Shown: positions 27,767 through 38,186, numbered from the stretch's first letter. The stretch is DNA of 40,889 bases from Chamaesiphon sp. OTE_78_metabat_374 (GCA_031385105.1 JANNBD010000221.1:1-40889); one strand, 5' to 3'. Made by a program: numbers and translations. Notes: generated from the letters alone by a model not told the origin.

Positions 27767-27878
27767 GATTAGATCCCTCATCGGCTATTCCCATCTACCG
27801 GATGTAGGCACCCAATAGCGATCACAGATGAGGCTGTTTAAGACTTCGCTACTGCTTTACCGTTGACTAGTTCTAATT

Positions 27879-27913
27879 AATCCCCCAGACAAAGGTCTTT
27901 GTCTGGGGGATTT
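27879..27913. terminator. hairpin / terminator
   Basis: AATCCCCCAGACAAAG-GT-CTTTGTCTGGGGGATT followed by T's. Confidence 0.7.
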
Positions 27914-27950
27914 TTGATCTAAGATGGATAGAGTAGACTGAAAGATCACT

Positions 27951-28439
27951 ATGAACACAGCAAAATCGAACAATATTGGTAAATATATCGTCATTGCGAT
28001 CGGCTTAGTAATTGCTTTTTTACTTTGGAATAACCATGTATTTGCAGGTGTCTCGCCAACAAATATTGGTGTCAATAATGGTAAATTGGCTAGCTGTCCC
28101 AGCACACCAAATTGTGTGAGTAGTCAAGCAATAGCTAATGATTCAGAACATGCAATCAAACCAATTGAGATTGGTGGTGGTATTCCCGCAAGGATGGCCG
28201 ATCTCAAGCTGGCAATTCAGTCGATGCCGCGATCTACTATTATCAAAGAAACTAACAACTATTTATACGCAGAGTTTGCTAGTAAATTAATGGGTTTTGT
28301 TGATGATGTCGAGTTTTATTTCGATGATGATGGTAAATTTATTCAGGTTCGATCAGCTTCTCGGTTGGGTGAATCTGACTTGGGTGTAAATCGGCAGCGG
28401 ATTGAAGAGATTCGGACTAAAGTAACCAGTCTTAATTAA
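27951..28439 (+). CDS. DUF1499 family protein
   Basis: CP.TPNCVSSQ, FVDDVEF and RSASRLGESDLGVNR.R. Confidence 0.9.
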   Translation: MNTAKSNNIGKYIVIAIGLVIAFLLWNNHVFAGVSPTNIGVNNGKLASCPSTPNCVSSQAIANDSEHAIKPIEIGGGIPARMADLKLAIQSMPRSTIIKETNNYLYAEFASKLMGFVDDVEFYFDDDGKFIQVRSASRLGESDLGVNRQRIEEIRTKVTSLN

Positions 28440-28552
28440 CGTGCAATAATTTTGGAACGTCGATGATTGTGTCAAATCAGGCACGGAAATCGGACTGCAA
28501 AATCTTAATGTACATATTCAGAGTAAGTATGAAAATTAGAGAATTCTTGATA

Positions 28553-31390
28553 ATGTGGCGGCGGTATCGGTTTGGGATAGTATTCCTCAGTATATGTCTG
28601 AGTGCAATACTGGCAGCACCACAGGTGGCGATGTCCACACAGCCAACTACAGTCACCGAGACAAGTTTAGCCGCCGAAGTCGTCAAGAAACCGTTGGCGC
28701 AGCCTCTCGGCACTAGAATCGCCAAACCGAGCAAGACTCCGACAGTTCCAGCGAAAACCGCACCAACTTTGACGGCAAATGTCAAAAAGACAGTATTAGA
28801 AAATGGCATGACCATTTTAACCAAAGAAGTTCGCAGTGCTCCGGTGGTCACGGTGCAGGTATGGTACAAAATTGGTTCTAGAGATGAAGCTACTGGTGTA
28901 AATGGGATTGCTCACCAATTGGAGCACATGTTATTTAAAGGAACGAAAGATCGCCCGATTCAATTTGGGAGATTATTTGCGGCTTTGGGTAGCAATTTTA
29001 ATGCCTTTACTAGTTACGATCAGACCGCTTATTTTGGCACTGTTGAGAAGAATAAGCTGACTAGTTTATTGACACTAGAAGCCGATCGAATGCAGAATGC
29101 GACGATCGACACCGAAAAACTTACGGGTGAAAAGCGAGTCGTAATTTCTGAGCTGCAAGGTTATGAAAATAGTCCTGGCTATCGACTCGATCGAGCTGTC
29201 AAACGCGCAGCTTTTCCGAATACTCCCTATGGTCTAACTGTCGGTGGTACCAAAGCCGATGTTGAGAAATTTACGGTCGAACAAGTCAAGTCTTATTACG
29301 ATTCTTACTACGCGCCAAATAACGCCACATTAGTTGTTGTTGGTGATTTTGATACCGCAACTTTGATGACCAAAGTGCAGGAGACATTTGCGAAAGTCCC
29401 GCGTCGAGCAGTTAAGGCAGTTCAAGCGACAGCGACGATGGGTGCCAAGCCAACCAAAAAGCGGTTGACGCTCAAGGAACCAGGTACAACTCAGATTGCC
29501 AGCATGGTTTACCCGTTACCAGAAGCCAATAATGCTGACGTGCCCGCAATCGATATCATGAACTATATCCTCACCGAAGGACGGAGTTCGCGGATGTATC
29601 AATCGATCATCGAAACAGGCATTGCCACTAGCCTTGATGGTGGTGCTGCAAACCTCGCCGCAGGTGGCTGGTATGAGCTGTCTGGGATCGTTGAAGTCGG
29701 CAAATCTTTGCCCAAACTAGAAACAGCGGTCGAGAAAGAGATTAAGCTAGTGCAAGCCAAAGGAGTTACCCCTGCCGAAGTTGCTCGTGCAAAGGCTCAA
29801 CTCAAGGCTGGGTACCTGCTTGGCAACCGCGACATCAACAGTCAAGCTAGACAACTTGGCAACGATCAAACCACCACTGGCGACTACCAATTTACCGATA
29901 AGTACCTCGCTGGAGTCGAGCGGGTTACACCTGCCGATGTCCAACGAGTCGCCAAAAAATATCTCCAAGAACAGCTCAAAACCGTTGGCTACTTTCAACC
30001 AACTAAAATCGCTGGCAAGCCGGAAGCCGCAGGTAGTGGCGGTGGTAAAACCGTTGGTAATTACAACCCAGGTGCCCCTGTAGACCCTGCTGAACTGGCA
30101 AAATATCTACCCGCCCTCGATCCAGATTCGGCTAGCCAGAGCCAATCCTTGCCCCAAGAGGTGAAGCTTAAAAATGGATTGCGAGTATTCTTGCTACCTG
30201 ATTCAAGCACGCCCACAGTGACCATCAGCGGCAATATTCAAGCAGGTGCCGAATACGACAGTCCACAGCAAGCTGGACTAGCCGGGCTGACAGCGACAAA
30301 TCTGATGAGTGGTACTAAAACACAAACGGCTCTGAAAATCGCGACCACCCTCGAAGATCGCGGTGCTGGAATCGGTTTTGGAGCTAGTCGTGAAGGAGTC
30401 AGCCTCGGTGGTAGCGCGTTGTCTAAAGATCTACCTGTGCTGCTCAAAACCCTTGGTGACGTGCTTCAAAACGCCACTTTCCCACCCCAGAAGTTTGAAC
30501 TCAGCCGTCAACGTGCTCTAACTAGCCTCAAACTAGAACTAGATAGCCCCAATAGCGTGGCACGGAAAAAGTTTCAGCAGACGATTTATCCCAAAAATCA
30601 TCCGTTTACGATTTTCCCCACCGCTCAAACTCTAACCGCACTGACATCCAAAGATCTTCAAGCCTTTTATCGTCAGCACTACTTGCCAAGTAATACCATA
30701 ATGGCGATTGTCGGGGACTTTAAAGTGCCTGAGATCAAGCGTTTACTGGAAGACAATTTAGGTAAATGGTCAACCACCTCACCTAAAATTAAGCTCAACT
30801 ATCCTGTGACTCAATTACCTGCCAAACAGGTATTGGTAAATCCGGCTCTGCCAGGTAAAACCCAAGTAGTGACTTTAATGGGGAATAAAGCGATCGATCG
30901 CAAAGATCCGCGCTATTATTCAGCCTTAGTCCTAAATCAAATTCTCGGTGGCGATACACTTTCGAGTCGTCTTGGTACCGAAATTCGGGACAGACAAGGT
31001 TTAACCTACGGGATCTACAGTAGCTTTGCGGCTGGTCAAAAGTTTGGTACTTTCATTATCTCAATGCAAACCGCACCGGAAGATACTGCTAAAGCCACTC
31101 AAAGTACGATCGCATTATTAAAAGATCTCCAGACTAAAGGTGTCACAGCCGCCGAAGTTGCCAACTCCAAGCGGAGTATCTCTAGCAACTACAACGTCGA
31201 TCTCGCCTCCCCTGACGAAATCGCCGGAGCCACCCTGGGTAATGCTATTTATGGTCTGAAACCTAATGAGATTAGTGAATTTCCTAAAAAGATTCAAGCT
31301 GTGACATTAGAGCAAGTTAATCAAGTCGCCAAGGAATTAATTCAACCCGATCGATTTGTGATTATCACCGCCGGACCACCGAGAAAATAA
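28553..31390 (+). CDS. M16 (pitrilysin-like) zinc peptidase, exported, two-lobed
   Basis: HQLEH inverted zinc motif and NAFTS; the second lobe has SSRL..EIR...GLTY. The start is uncertain (ORF open from 28463); ATG 28553 gives a plausible signal peptide. Confidence 0.92.
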   Translation: MWRRYRFGIVFLSICLSAILAAPQVAMSTQPTTVTETSLAAEVVKKPLAQPLGTRIAKPSKTPTVPAKTAPTLTANVKKTVLENGMTILTKEVRSAPVVTVQVWYKIGSRDEATGVNGIAHQLEHMLFKGTKDRPIQFGRLFAALGSNFNAFTSYDQTAYFGTVEKNKLTSLLTLEADRMQNATIDTEKLTGEKRVVISELQGYENSPGYRLDRAVKRAAFPNTPYGLTVGGTKADVEKFTVEQVKSYYDSYYAPNNATLVVVGDFDTATLMTKVQETFAKVPRRAVKAVQATATMGAKPTKKRLTLKEPGTTQIASMVYPLPEANNADVPAIDIMNYILTEGRSSRMYQSIIETGIATSLDGGAANLAAGGWYELSGIVEVGKSLPKLETAVEKEIKLVQAKGVTPAEVARAKAQLKAGYLLGNRDINSQARQLGNDQTTTGDYQFTDKYLAGVERVTPADVQRVAKKYLQEQLKTVGYFQPTKIAGKPEAAGSGGGKTVGNYNPGAPVDPAELAKYLPALDPDSASQSQSLPQEVKLKNGLRVFLLPDSSTPTVTISGNIQAGAEYDSPQQAGLAGLTATNLMSGTKTQTALKIATTLEDRGAGIGFGASREGVSLGGSALSKDLPVLLKTLGDVLQNATFPPQKFELSRQRALTSLKLELDSPNSVARKKFQQTIYPKNHPFTIFPTAQTLTALTSKDLQAFYRQHYLPSNTIMAIVGDFKVPEIKRLLEDNLGKWSTTSPKIKLNYPVTQLPAKQVLVNPALPGKTQVVTLMGNKAIDRKDPRYYSALVLNQILGGDTLSSRLGTEIRDRQGLTYGIYSSFAAGQKFGTFIISMQTAPEDTAKATQSTIALLKDLQTKGVTAAEVANSKRSISSNYNVDLASPDEIAGATLGNAIYGLKPNEISEFPKKIQAVTLEQVNQVAKELIQPDRFVIITAGPPRK

Positions 31391-31405
31391 TCATCAGCGG
31401 CAAGT

Positions 31406-31566
31406 AAAAAGGTAGGGGAAACGTCTTGTCGGTTTTTTATTCTGCGTCGTTTTATTCTCCTGGGGGAGCGGGCTTCCGCCAACGGGGGTTCCCCCCGAAT
31501 AAAAAAACGACAAGACGGGGAACCCCAGAATAAAACCGCCGCTTCATCAACATCCCCTACCTTTTT
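31406..31566. repeat. nested palindromic / MITE-like element
   Basis: Outer 14-bp inverted repeat AAAAAGGTAGGGGA / TCCCCTACCTTTTT. Inner inverted pair CGTCTTGTCGGTTTTTTATTC / GAATAAAAAAACGACAAGACG. SDR5-like insert at about 31456-31482 on the minus strand. Confidence 0.75.
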
Positions 31567-31652
31567 TTGTACTCACATCTTGCACTGAAAGTATCTATCA
31601 GCCGTCTGAAGTACAATGAGATCGTCCCACACATACGAATTATTGAATTTTT

Positions 31653-31820
31653 ATGCTGAAATGGCTCAAAGACACGATCGGAGATCAAGCTCCAGCCGTT
31701 GGTGCGATTACTGCATTGGTGGCTTTAATGAGCGCATATCTGAGCTATACGATTGTTACAGACTTTAGCGTTGAGGATGCACCTAGCAAACCATCTGAAG
31801 TACAGCGCGATCGTCGATAG
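31653..31820 (+). CDS. 55-aa putative single-pass membrane protein (below ORF-track cutoff)
   Basis: MLKWLKDTIGDQAPAVGAITALVALMSAYLSYTIVTDFSVEDAPSKPSEVQRDRR*. It fills an otherwise empty intergenic gap. Confidence 0.55.
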   Translation: MLKWLKDTIGDQAPAVGAITALVALMSAYLSYTIVTDFSVEDAPSKPSEVQRDRR

Positions 31821-31895
31821 TCACGCAGTGTGTAGCTATATTCAAGATGTGAGTATAATTTTTCTGAACCTAGACTCCAGTAAAGCTTAATTCCT

Positions 31896-32156
31896 ATGTC
31901 TCAACATAATCCCCACAGTATTCAGCTTCAGATCAATCGGATGTTTGAAAGTGGTCAATCTTTATTTGCCAAAACCAAAGTAGATGACTGGCTTAGACAA
32001 CGGAACGAAGATCCTTTTGACTATGAAATTATCTTTAATAAAATACCTGCACCTGTCGGTTCTAGAGCAGTCAATGCAATTCAAGTTGAGCTACAACGTA
32101 AGGATGGAGCACCAGTAGATGAATGGTTATTAACGCAACTAAATGATCTCAAATAA
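31896..32156 (+). CDS. hypothetical protein
   Basis: 86-aa ORF with normal composition, co-oriented with and 39 nt upstream of the next gene. Confidence 0.7.
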   Translation: MSQHNPHSIQLQINRMFESGQSLFAKTKVDDWLRQRNEDPFDYEIIFNKIPAPVGSRAVNAIQVELQRKDGAPVDEWLLTQLNDLK

Positions 32157-32195
32157 CCACATTTAATTGCTCACTTCATCACTCAGCGAACTTGT

Positions 32196-32981
32196 ATGCC
32201 CGATCGATCATCCACACCATTGCCACAATTCAAAATTCTCGGTCAACCCGTTCACCTATGTCGTGACTACACTGCATGGCTAATTAATAGGCTTGAACAA
32301 GGAATTGGTACCCATGTAGTGACGATGAATGCCGAAATTGTGATTCAGGCAAATCACGATCGAGAATTAGCCAGTATTATTGACCAAGCTGGCTTAGTTA
32401 CCCCTGATGGTGCCGGAATTATCATGGCGTTGAAACTGCATCAGATCGCCCAAACTCGCTGTGCCGGAATTGAGCTGGGTCAAAAGCTGCTCCGATTGGC
32501 AAGTCAACCAGAGTATGATTATCCCGTTTTCTTCTACGGCGGCAAGCCAGAAATCGTCAAGTTAGCCGCCCAAACTTGGCAGACAAAGCTACCTCGGCTC
32601 AATATCATTGGGATTGAAGATGGCTATATCGACAAGGCAGGACAAGCAAGACTTCAGGAACAGATTCAACTTAAACAGCCGAAAATCATTCTAGTTGCCT
32701 TGGGAGTGCCCCGACAAGAGCTGTGGATTCGGGACAACTTTCATCTATGTCCTAGCGCGATTTGGGTTGGTGTTGGCGGTAGTTTTGATGTCTGGTCTGG
32801 AGTGAAGGCTAGAGCACCACAGATTTTTCGGAAGCTGAATTTAGAATGGCTGTATCGAATCGCGCAAGAACCCAGTCGCTGGCAGCGAGCATTAGCGTTA
32901 CCTCAGTTTGCAATACTAGCCCTGATGGAGAGAATTAAGGGTAAAAACAAAGTCTTAGCTCAGAGCAATTCTGGGAATTAA
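32196..32981 (+). CDS. WecB/TagA/CpsF glycosyltransferase
   Basis: VVTMNAE, PDGAGI, VALGVPRQE, GVGGSFD, RAP and LEWLYR..QEP.RW.R. Confidence 0.94.
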   Translation: MPDRSSTPLPQFKILGQPVHLCRDYTAWLINRLEQGIGTHVVTMNAEIVIQANHDRELASIIDQAGLVTPDGAGIIMALKLHQIAQTRCAGIELGQKLLRLASQPEYDYPVFFYGGKPEIVKLAAQTWQTKLPRLNIIGIEDGYIDKAGQARLQEQIQLKQPKIILVALGVPRQELWIRDNFHLCPSAIWVGVGGSFDVWSGVKARAPQIFRKLNLEWLYRIAQEPSRWQRALALPQFAILALMERIKGKNKVLAQSNSGN

Positions 32982-33116
32982 GATCGCAGATTTTCCGCTC
33001 TCCCAAGCATTAGCAGCCGATAGAAAGCGATTGTCAACTCCTCAATTTAAATTGGCATAGCACCAGAACGGGTAAACTAGAGACAGTATTTTGGACAATC
33101 CTTTATTCTTGGTTTC

Positions 33117-34451
33117 ATGTCTCTAACTGCGGAATTATTGCTGGTAGCTTTCTTGATCGTGCTCAACGGTGTCTTTGTGATGTCCGAAATGGCGATCGTT
33201 TCAGCTAAAAAAGTTAGATTGCAACAATCAGCAAATCAAGGCGATAGGCGAGCCGGAATTGCGCTCGGCTTGGCCATGTCACCAGATCGCTTTTTGCCGA
33301 CAGTTCAAGTTGGGATTACCTTTCTGGTAGTTCTGAGTGGTGCCAGAGGTGAAAGTGCGATTTCACGGGTAATTTTACCATTACTAGAAGATTGGCTACC
33401 GCCTCAATATAGTCAACCAATTTCATCCACTATTTCGATCGCCGTTATTACTTATCTCAGCATTGTCATCTCTGAGCTGGTACCAAAACAACTTGCCTTA
33501 AATAGTCCTGAAAAAGTTGCCAGTTTAGTCGCGGTACCTTTAAATTTACTTGTTCGACTAGCAGCACCGATTATTTTTATCTTGAGCGGATCGACCAAGT
33601 TTGTGGTCAAACTATTGGGAATCAAACCTTCCACTCAGCCGGAAGTAACAGAAGAAGAAATCAAGGTGATGATCGAGCAAGGGACTGAAGCAGGGATGTT
33701 TGAGGAATCCGAGCAGGATATGGTGCAGGGAGTATTGAGTCTTGGCGATCTCAAAATTGGTGCGCTGATGACTCCCCGTCCTGATATTACCTGGATTGAT
33801 AGTGAAGATTCGATCGCCATTACTCGTCAAAAAATTCTCGATAGTGACTATTCTAGATTACCTGTCTGTGCAGGCGAACTCGATCGAGTCCTGGGGGTAA
33901 TTCACGTTGCAGATCTACTCTCCCAAACACTCAGAGGTGAGGAGATTAATATCACTGAATCACTCCGTCAACCACTATTTATTCCTGAAAGTACCAGGGG
34001 TTTGAAAGTACTCGAACAATTCAAGAAATTTGGCACCCACATTGCGATGGTGGTAGATGAATATGGTGTGATTCAAGGATTAGTCACCATGCATGATATC
34101 TTTGAAGAAATCGCTGGTGATATTACCGACTTTAATGAAGAACCCGAAGAACCCCAAATTATTGAACGGGAAGATGGCTCGTGGCTGTTGGATGGGATGC
34201 TATCGATCGAAGAACTATTCGACCAATTTGATATCCCCGAAAGCGCAATCAGTCCGATTGATCGCGGTAACTACCATACTCTCGGCGGCTTTGTCAGTAT
34301 GCAGCTAGGCAAAATCCCGATCTCCGGTGAATACTTTCAATGGCGCAAACTCAGGTTTGAAATAGTCGATATGGACGGCAAACGAGTTGATAAAGTCCTC
34401 GTCAATGTTGCGGAAGGGGAGCTAGATTTGAGTGAGTTTGATAGTGATTAG
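33117..34451 (+). CDS. CNNM/HlyC/CorC family membrane protein (DUF21 + CBS pair + CorC_HlyC)
   Basis: NGVFVMSEMAIVS, ELVPK, MTPR, SRLPV, VVDEYG and TLGG. Confidence 0.94.
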   Translation: MSLTAELLLVAFLIVLNGVFVMSEMAIVSAKKVRLQQSANQGDRRAGIALGLAMSPDRFLPTVQVGITFLVVLSGARGESAISRVILPLLEDWLPPQYSQPISSTISIAVITYLSIVISELVPKQLALNSPEKVASLVAVPLNLLVRLAAPIIFILSGSTKFVVKLLGIKPSTQPEVTEEEIKVMIEQGTEAGMFEESEQDMVQGVLSLGDLKIGALMTPRPDITWIDSEDSIAITRQKILDSDYSRLPVCAGELDRVLGVIHVADLLSQTLRGEEINITESLRQPLFIPESTRGLKVLEQFKKFGTHIAMVVDEYGVIQGLVTMHDIFEEIAGDITDFNEEPEEPQIIEREDGSWLLDGMLSIEELFDQFDIPESAISPIDRGNYHTLGGFVSMQLGKIPISGEYFQWRKLRFEIVDMDGKRVDKVLVNVAEGELDLSEFDSD

Positions 34452-34491
34452 TGATTTGGGCTTTAGGCTTTGAGCTATCAATTCTCAATTC

Positions 34492-35223
34492 TCAACTAAC
34501 CTCCATCGCCACCCGATAAATATCACTTGGTGTCAGATGCGAATGGACTACCTGCCCATCCTTGAACCAAACAATCCGTCTAGTTTGCTTGGCGACATCG
34601 GGTTCATGAGTGACCATGACGATCGTGATTCCAGCTTCATTTAACCCTGTAAAAATATCCATCACCTCTTGAGTCGTGCGCGAATCTAAGGCACCTGTAG
34701 GCTCATCTGCCAGTAGTACTCGTGGTTCGCTGACAATTGCTCTGGCGATTGCTACCCGCTGCTGTTGCCCGCCTGAGAGCTGATTGGGACGATTTGCCAT
34801 ACGGTTACTTAGCCCCACTTTTTCCAATGCCACTACCGCCCGCTCCTTGCGTTCGCTCGGCGGTAGTCCGCCATAAATCATCGGCAACATCACATTGTCG
34901 AGGGCAGTAAGTTGGGGCAACAGATGAAACTGTTGGAAGATAAAGCCAAGTTTGCGATTGCGAATCTTTGCCAGTTCTGCATCGGGGACAGTGGACACAT
35001 CTAGCTTGTCCAGATAATAACGCCCGTTAGTCGGCCTGTCTAGACAACCAATCACATTCATCGCCGAAGATTTGCCCGAACCTGATGGCCCCATAATTGA
35101 ACAATACTCACCTTCAGCGATCGTCAAATTAACGCCATCCAATGCTCTAACTAGAGTATCTCCAATCCCATAAGTCTTATCGACATCTTCTAATCGGATA
35201 ATAATCGACTCGGTATCATTCAT
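34492..35223 (-). CDS. ABC transporter ATP-binding protein (LolD/MacB-like)
   Basis: [33 protein letters not shown] and VTHE. Confidence 0.95.
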   Translation of the reverse strand: MNDTESIIIRLEDVDKTYGIGDTLVRALDGVNLTIAEGEYCSIMGPSGSGKSSAMNVIGCLDRPTNGRYYLDKLDVSTVPDAELAKIRNRKLGFIFQQFHLLPQLTALDNVMLPMIYGGLPPSERKERAVVALEKVGLSNRMANRPNQLSGGQQQRVAIARAIVSEPRVLLADEPTGALDSRTTQEVMDIFTGLNEAGITIVMVTHEPDVAKQTRRIVWFKDGQVVHSHLTPSDIYRVAMEVS

Positions 35224-35274
35224 GGGAAATGTAGATTAGTGCAGGGTGCATGATGCAGCTACCACCTACTCTAG

Positions 35275-35931
35275 TTATAACGTCCCAAAAGCTCGATCGC
35301 CAACATCGCCCAGTCCAGGCACAATAAAGCCAGATTCATCGACATGTTCATCGATCATTGCAGCGTAGATACTCAATGTGGGATACGTCTCGCTCAACTT
35401 TTGTAGAGCTGGTGGTGCCGCAATAATCGCAATAATCCGCACGTAAGCCGGATCGATACCGCGTTGGACTAGCTCAGTCATCGCTTGCATGATCGTGCCG
35501 CCAGTTGCCAACATCGGTTCAGCAATAATAATCCTAGTATCTGGATCGAATTTATCCGGTAGCCGATTCAGATAGCAGCTAGGCAGCAATGTATCTTCAT
35601 CGCGCACCAATCCAAGGTGATAAATTGCCGACTCCAGCGGTAAAACTGACTGAATCCCTTCAACTAATGTTAACCCTGCCCGCAGAATTGGCACGATCGC
35701 TAGCTTAGTCTGAGGATGGACAAATGTTGCTGTCGTATCAGCAAGCGGTGTCGGGATCTGAATATCGATCGTCGGTAGCCATTCCCTAATTGCTTCATAC
35801 GCCAACCACTTACCCAATTCTGCCAAAGTTTGGCGCATAATTTTCGGCGAAGTCTCTTTATTTCGCGCCATTCCCAGCCAATGCTTGATTAATGGATGCG
35901 GGGGGACGTAGACACGTAGTTGGATTGCCAT
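35275..35931 (-). CDS. upp: uracil phosphoribosyltransferase
   Basis: HPLIKH, VPILRAG, RDE.TL, PMLATGG and IVPGLGD.GDR.FG. Confidence 0.95.
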   Translation of the reverse strand: MAIQLRVYVPPHPLIKHWLGMARNKETSPKIMRQTLAELGKWLAYEAIREWLPTIDIQIPTPLADTTATFVHPQTKLAIVPILRAGLTLVEGIQSVLPLESAIYHLGLVRDEDTLLPSCYLNRLPDKFDPDTRIIIAEPMLATGGTIMQAMTELVQRGIDPAYVRIIAIIAAPPALQKLSETYPTLSIYAAMIDEHVDESGFIVPGLGDVGDRAFGTL

Positions 35932-35933
35932 CG

Positions 35934-36044
35934 GGGTAGAGGGTAGGGGGTGGAGGGTAGAGGGTGGAGGGTGGAGGGTGAAAGCTTAACGAGAAATACG
36001 CTCTGTTGTCTTGCTCTACTCCCTACTCCCTACCCTCTACCCTC
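35934..36044. repeat. opposed heptamer tandem repeats (STRR-type)
   Basis: A GGGT(A/G)GA array at about 35934-35980 faces a CTAC(T/C)C(C/T) array at about 36016-36044; the two are complementary to each other. Confidence 0.75.
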
Positions 36045-36045
36045 T

Positions 36046-36882
36046 TCACATCAATGCTTGATATGCCGATCGAGTCAATAACTCAATTTCGGCTAGATCT
36101 GGTGCTGAAATTCGTTCATCACCATTTGTATTTAACCACAATAAATACTCAATATTTCCGGCTGGCCCCACAAGTGGCGACCAGGTTAAGCCGCGATAAT
36201 TCCACCCCAATGTTTGAGCTGCTGTTAATACCCCCAGAATCGCCCCTGCTTGGGCTGATAAATCGCGAACTACCCCATTCTTGCCGATTGCCTGTTTACC
36301 CACCTCAAACTGCGGTTTAACTAGCACTATGAGTTCTTTTGGGGGTGCCAACAGTAGCTCTAGTGCTGGCAGAATTTTGACCGCCGAAATAAACGAAACA
36401 TCGACTACTGCCAAATCTGGCAGTGGGACTGGGTAAGTACCATCAACTGGCTCGCCATAGAGTTCTGCTGGAGTCAAATGCCGAATATTTGTCCGTTCAC
36501 GCAAGACTAATCGATCGTCAGTACGGATTTTCCAGTCTACCTGTCCATAGCCAACATCGATTCCATACACTTGCTTCGCACCAGCTTGCAACAGACAATC
36601 TGTAAACCCACCTGTCGAGATCCCTGCATCTAGGCAAATTCTATTAACTGTAGGAGTTTCAAATACTGCCAAAGCCTTTGCTAATTTCTCACCCCCACGA
36701 GACACAAATCTCGCTCTAGCTTTAACTTCGATCGTCGCTGTCAATAAAATTCCGGTGCCGCACTTATCCACCACCTCGCCATTCACCCGCACTTCTCCAG
36801 CTTGGATCCAGCGTTGTGCTAATTGGCGAGACTCACATAAATTGCGCTCCACCAGCAGTAAATCCAGACGTTGTTTTTTCAA
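36046..36882 (-). CDS. tlyA: TlyA family rRNA methyltransferase
   Basis: S4 domain K.RLD.LL, FVSRGGEKL, D.G.STGGFTD.LLQ.GA, DVSFIS, KPQFE and GN.EYL. Confidence 0.95.
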   Translation of the reverse strand: MKKQRLDLLLVERNLCESRQLAQRWIQAGEVRVNGEVVDKCGTGILLTATIEVKARARFVSRGGEKLAKALAVFETPTVNRICLDAGISTGGFTDCLLQAGAKQVYGIDVGYGQVDWKIRTDDRLVLRERTNIRHLTPAELYGEPVDGTYPVPLPDLAVVDVSFISAVKILPALELLLAPPKELIVLVKPQFEVGKQAIGKNGVVRDLSAQAGAILGVLTAAQTLGWNYRGLTWSPLVGPAGNIEYLLWLNTNGDERISAPDLAEIELLTRSAYQALM

Positions 36883-37013
36883 GCCAAGCCAGAGATCGGG
36901 AAAAACAGATACTAAATCTCAATCTTCAAAATAACATGCTGACCACAGACCCGATCGAGCAAATCGCCAGACTTTGGCTATTTGTCCTGAGAATCTCCCC
37001 AGAGCACCAAAGC

Positions 37014-37400
37014 CTAAAGCCTAATCGTCGAGAGCACATTTGCACTGCACCACAGTTGCCACAAATATAGCTCAACTCGATCGGGTAATTGCGTCACAAA
37101 GATACCTTCAGCACTGTCCAAATTTCCAGCTAGCCAATAGCCTATCAGTCCAATTTCAACTCGATCCAGATCGCAACGGTTGACCGTCACCGTCTTTACA
37201 CCTCGATGATGGAGGTAGAAACTAGCTGCCGTAGGTTCACAGATCGAATCTGGCAGCAGGAAACTGGCTGTGCCTGAGCTAACAAATACTGTTTCACCAG
37301 TACTGGTGGAAAACGTCAATCTTTGCTCTACCCAATCTTCTAAATCGTTCGTCAACAATTCAAGATGTAAGGCTGTTTCGGTGTAAATCAATTTCAGCAT
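37014..37400 (-). CDS. alr0857-family conserved cyanobacterial protein
   Basis: MLKL.YTE....LE.L...LE.WV..R, ASFLLP, L.G.W and EGIFV pattern. Confidence 0.7.
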   Translation of the reverse strand: MLKLIYTETALHLELLTNDLEDWVEQRLTFSTSTGETVFVSSGTASFLLPDSICEPTAASFYLHHRGVKTVTVNRCDLDRVEIGLIGYWLAGNLDSAEGIFVTQLPDRVELYLWQLWCSANVLSTIRL

Positions 37401-37721
37401 GGGTTTCCTCTACAACGTGAGTCTCAATCAGTTGATGAAATTTGTAATACTGGCTTTTTGCCTCTCGCTGTAGTTTAGAGAAAAGTTGTGAGGAAATTGT
37501 GAGGGTAAAATTGGACTTATGTCAAAACGCCATATTGCTGATTTCCCTACTCAAAATAGTCTCTGGGAAAATTCCATCATAATTTATTCAAAAAAAGATA
37601 AAAAATGTCCCAGAATACTGAATAATTAATAAAGTTTAGGAAATGTTTGCTATTTATCGCAAAAAATACTACACTAAATACACCACCCTGTCTAAATCAA
37701 ATTCTCGGAGCAATTTAAATA

Positions 37722-38078
37722 ATGCACACACTCAAGCGGACACCAACCACAGAGATGGAAGTTACTAGTATTCGGCTCGAACGCGAACTCAAAGAAAGGT
37801 TAAAAGAAATTTCTGGACATCAAGGTTATCAAGCCTTGATCCGTGAAGTCTTGTGGAAATATGTACAGCAAAAATCTGGTGATTATCGTCACCGCTTTAC
37901 GGCTGAAGATATCCGCGCCACCGTTTCGGCAACTGCAAATACAGAGGAACGTTGTGGAATTACGGGCAAAGTTATCAATCCTAAAGAGCCAATGCTACTG
38001 GGTTTAACTAGTACCTGTGATTTTATTCCACTATCACTCGATAGTTTAACTGCTGTTGTTCCAGACCCAGCCGCTTAA
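37722..38078 (+). CDS. ribbon-helix-helix (CopG-like) DNA-binding protein
   Basis: VTSIRL beta-strand followed by ELKERLK and YQALIREVL helices; GGAG upstream. Confidence 0.72.
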   Translation: MHTLKRTPTTEMEVTSIRLERELKERLKEISGHQGYQALIREVLWKYVQQKSGDYRHRFTAEDIRATVSATANTEERCGITGKVINPKEPMLLGLTSTCDFIPLSLDSLTAVVPDPAA

Positions 38079-38186
38079 GAAACAGATCGAGGAGCGGAGA
38101 GTGTCGGAATCAGATTTAGTCAAGATAGAATCTATGTTCCACCGATGCACTTTCTCTCCTATTCTGAATTCAGATCAATAACGTCA

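Noticed and set aside
33117-36882. Haemolysin/virulence interpretation of the HlyC/CorC-family and TlyA genes
   Set aside because: These names are historical. The motifs indicate a CNNM-type transporter-like protein and an rRNA methyltransferase, both ordinary in cyanobacteria.
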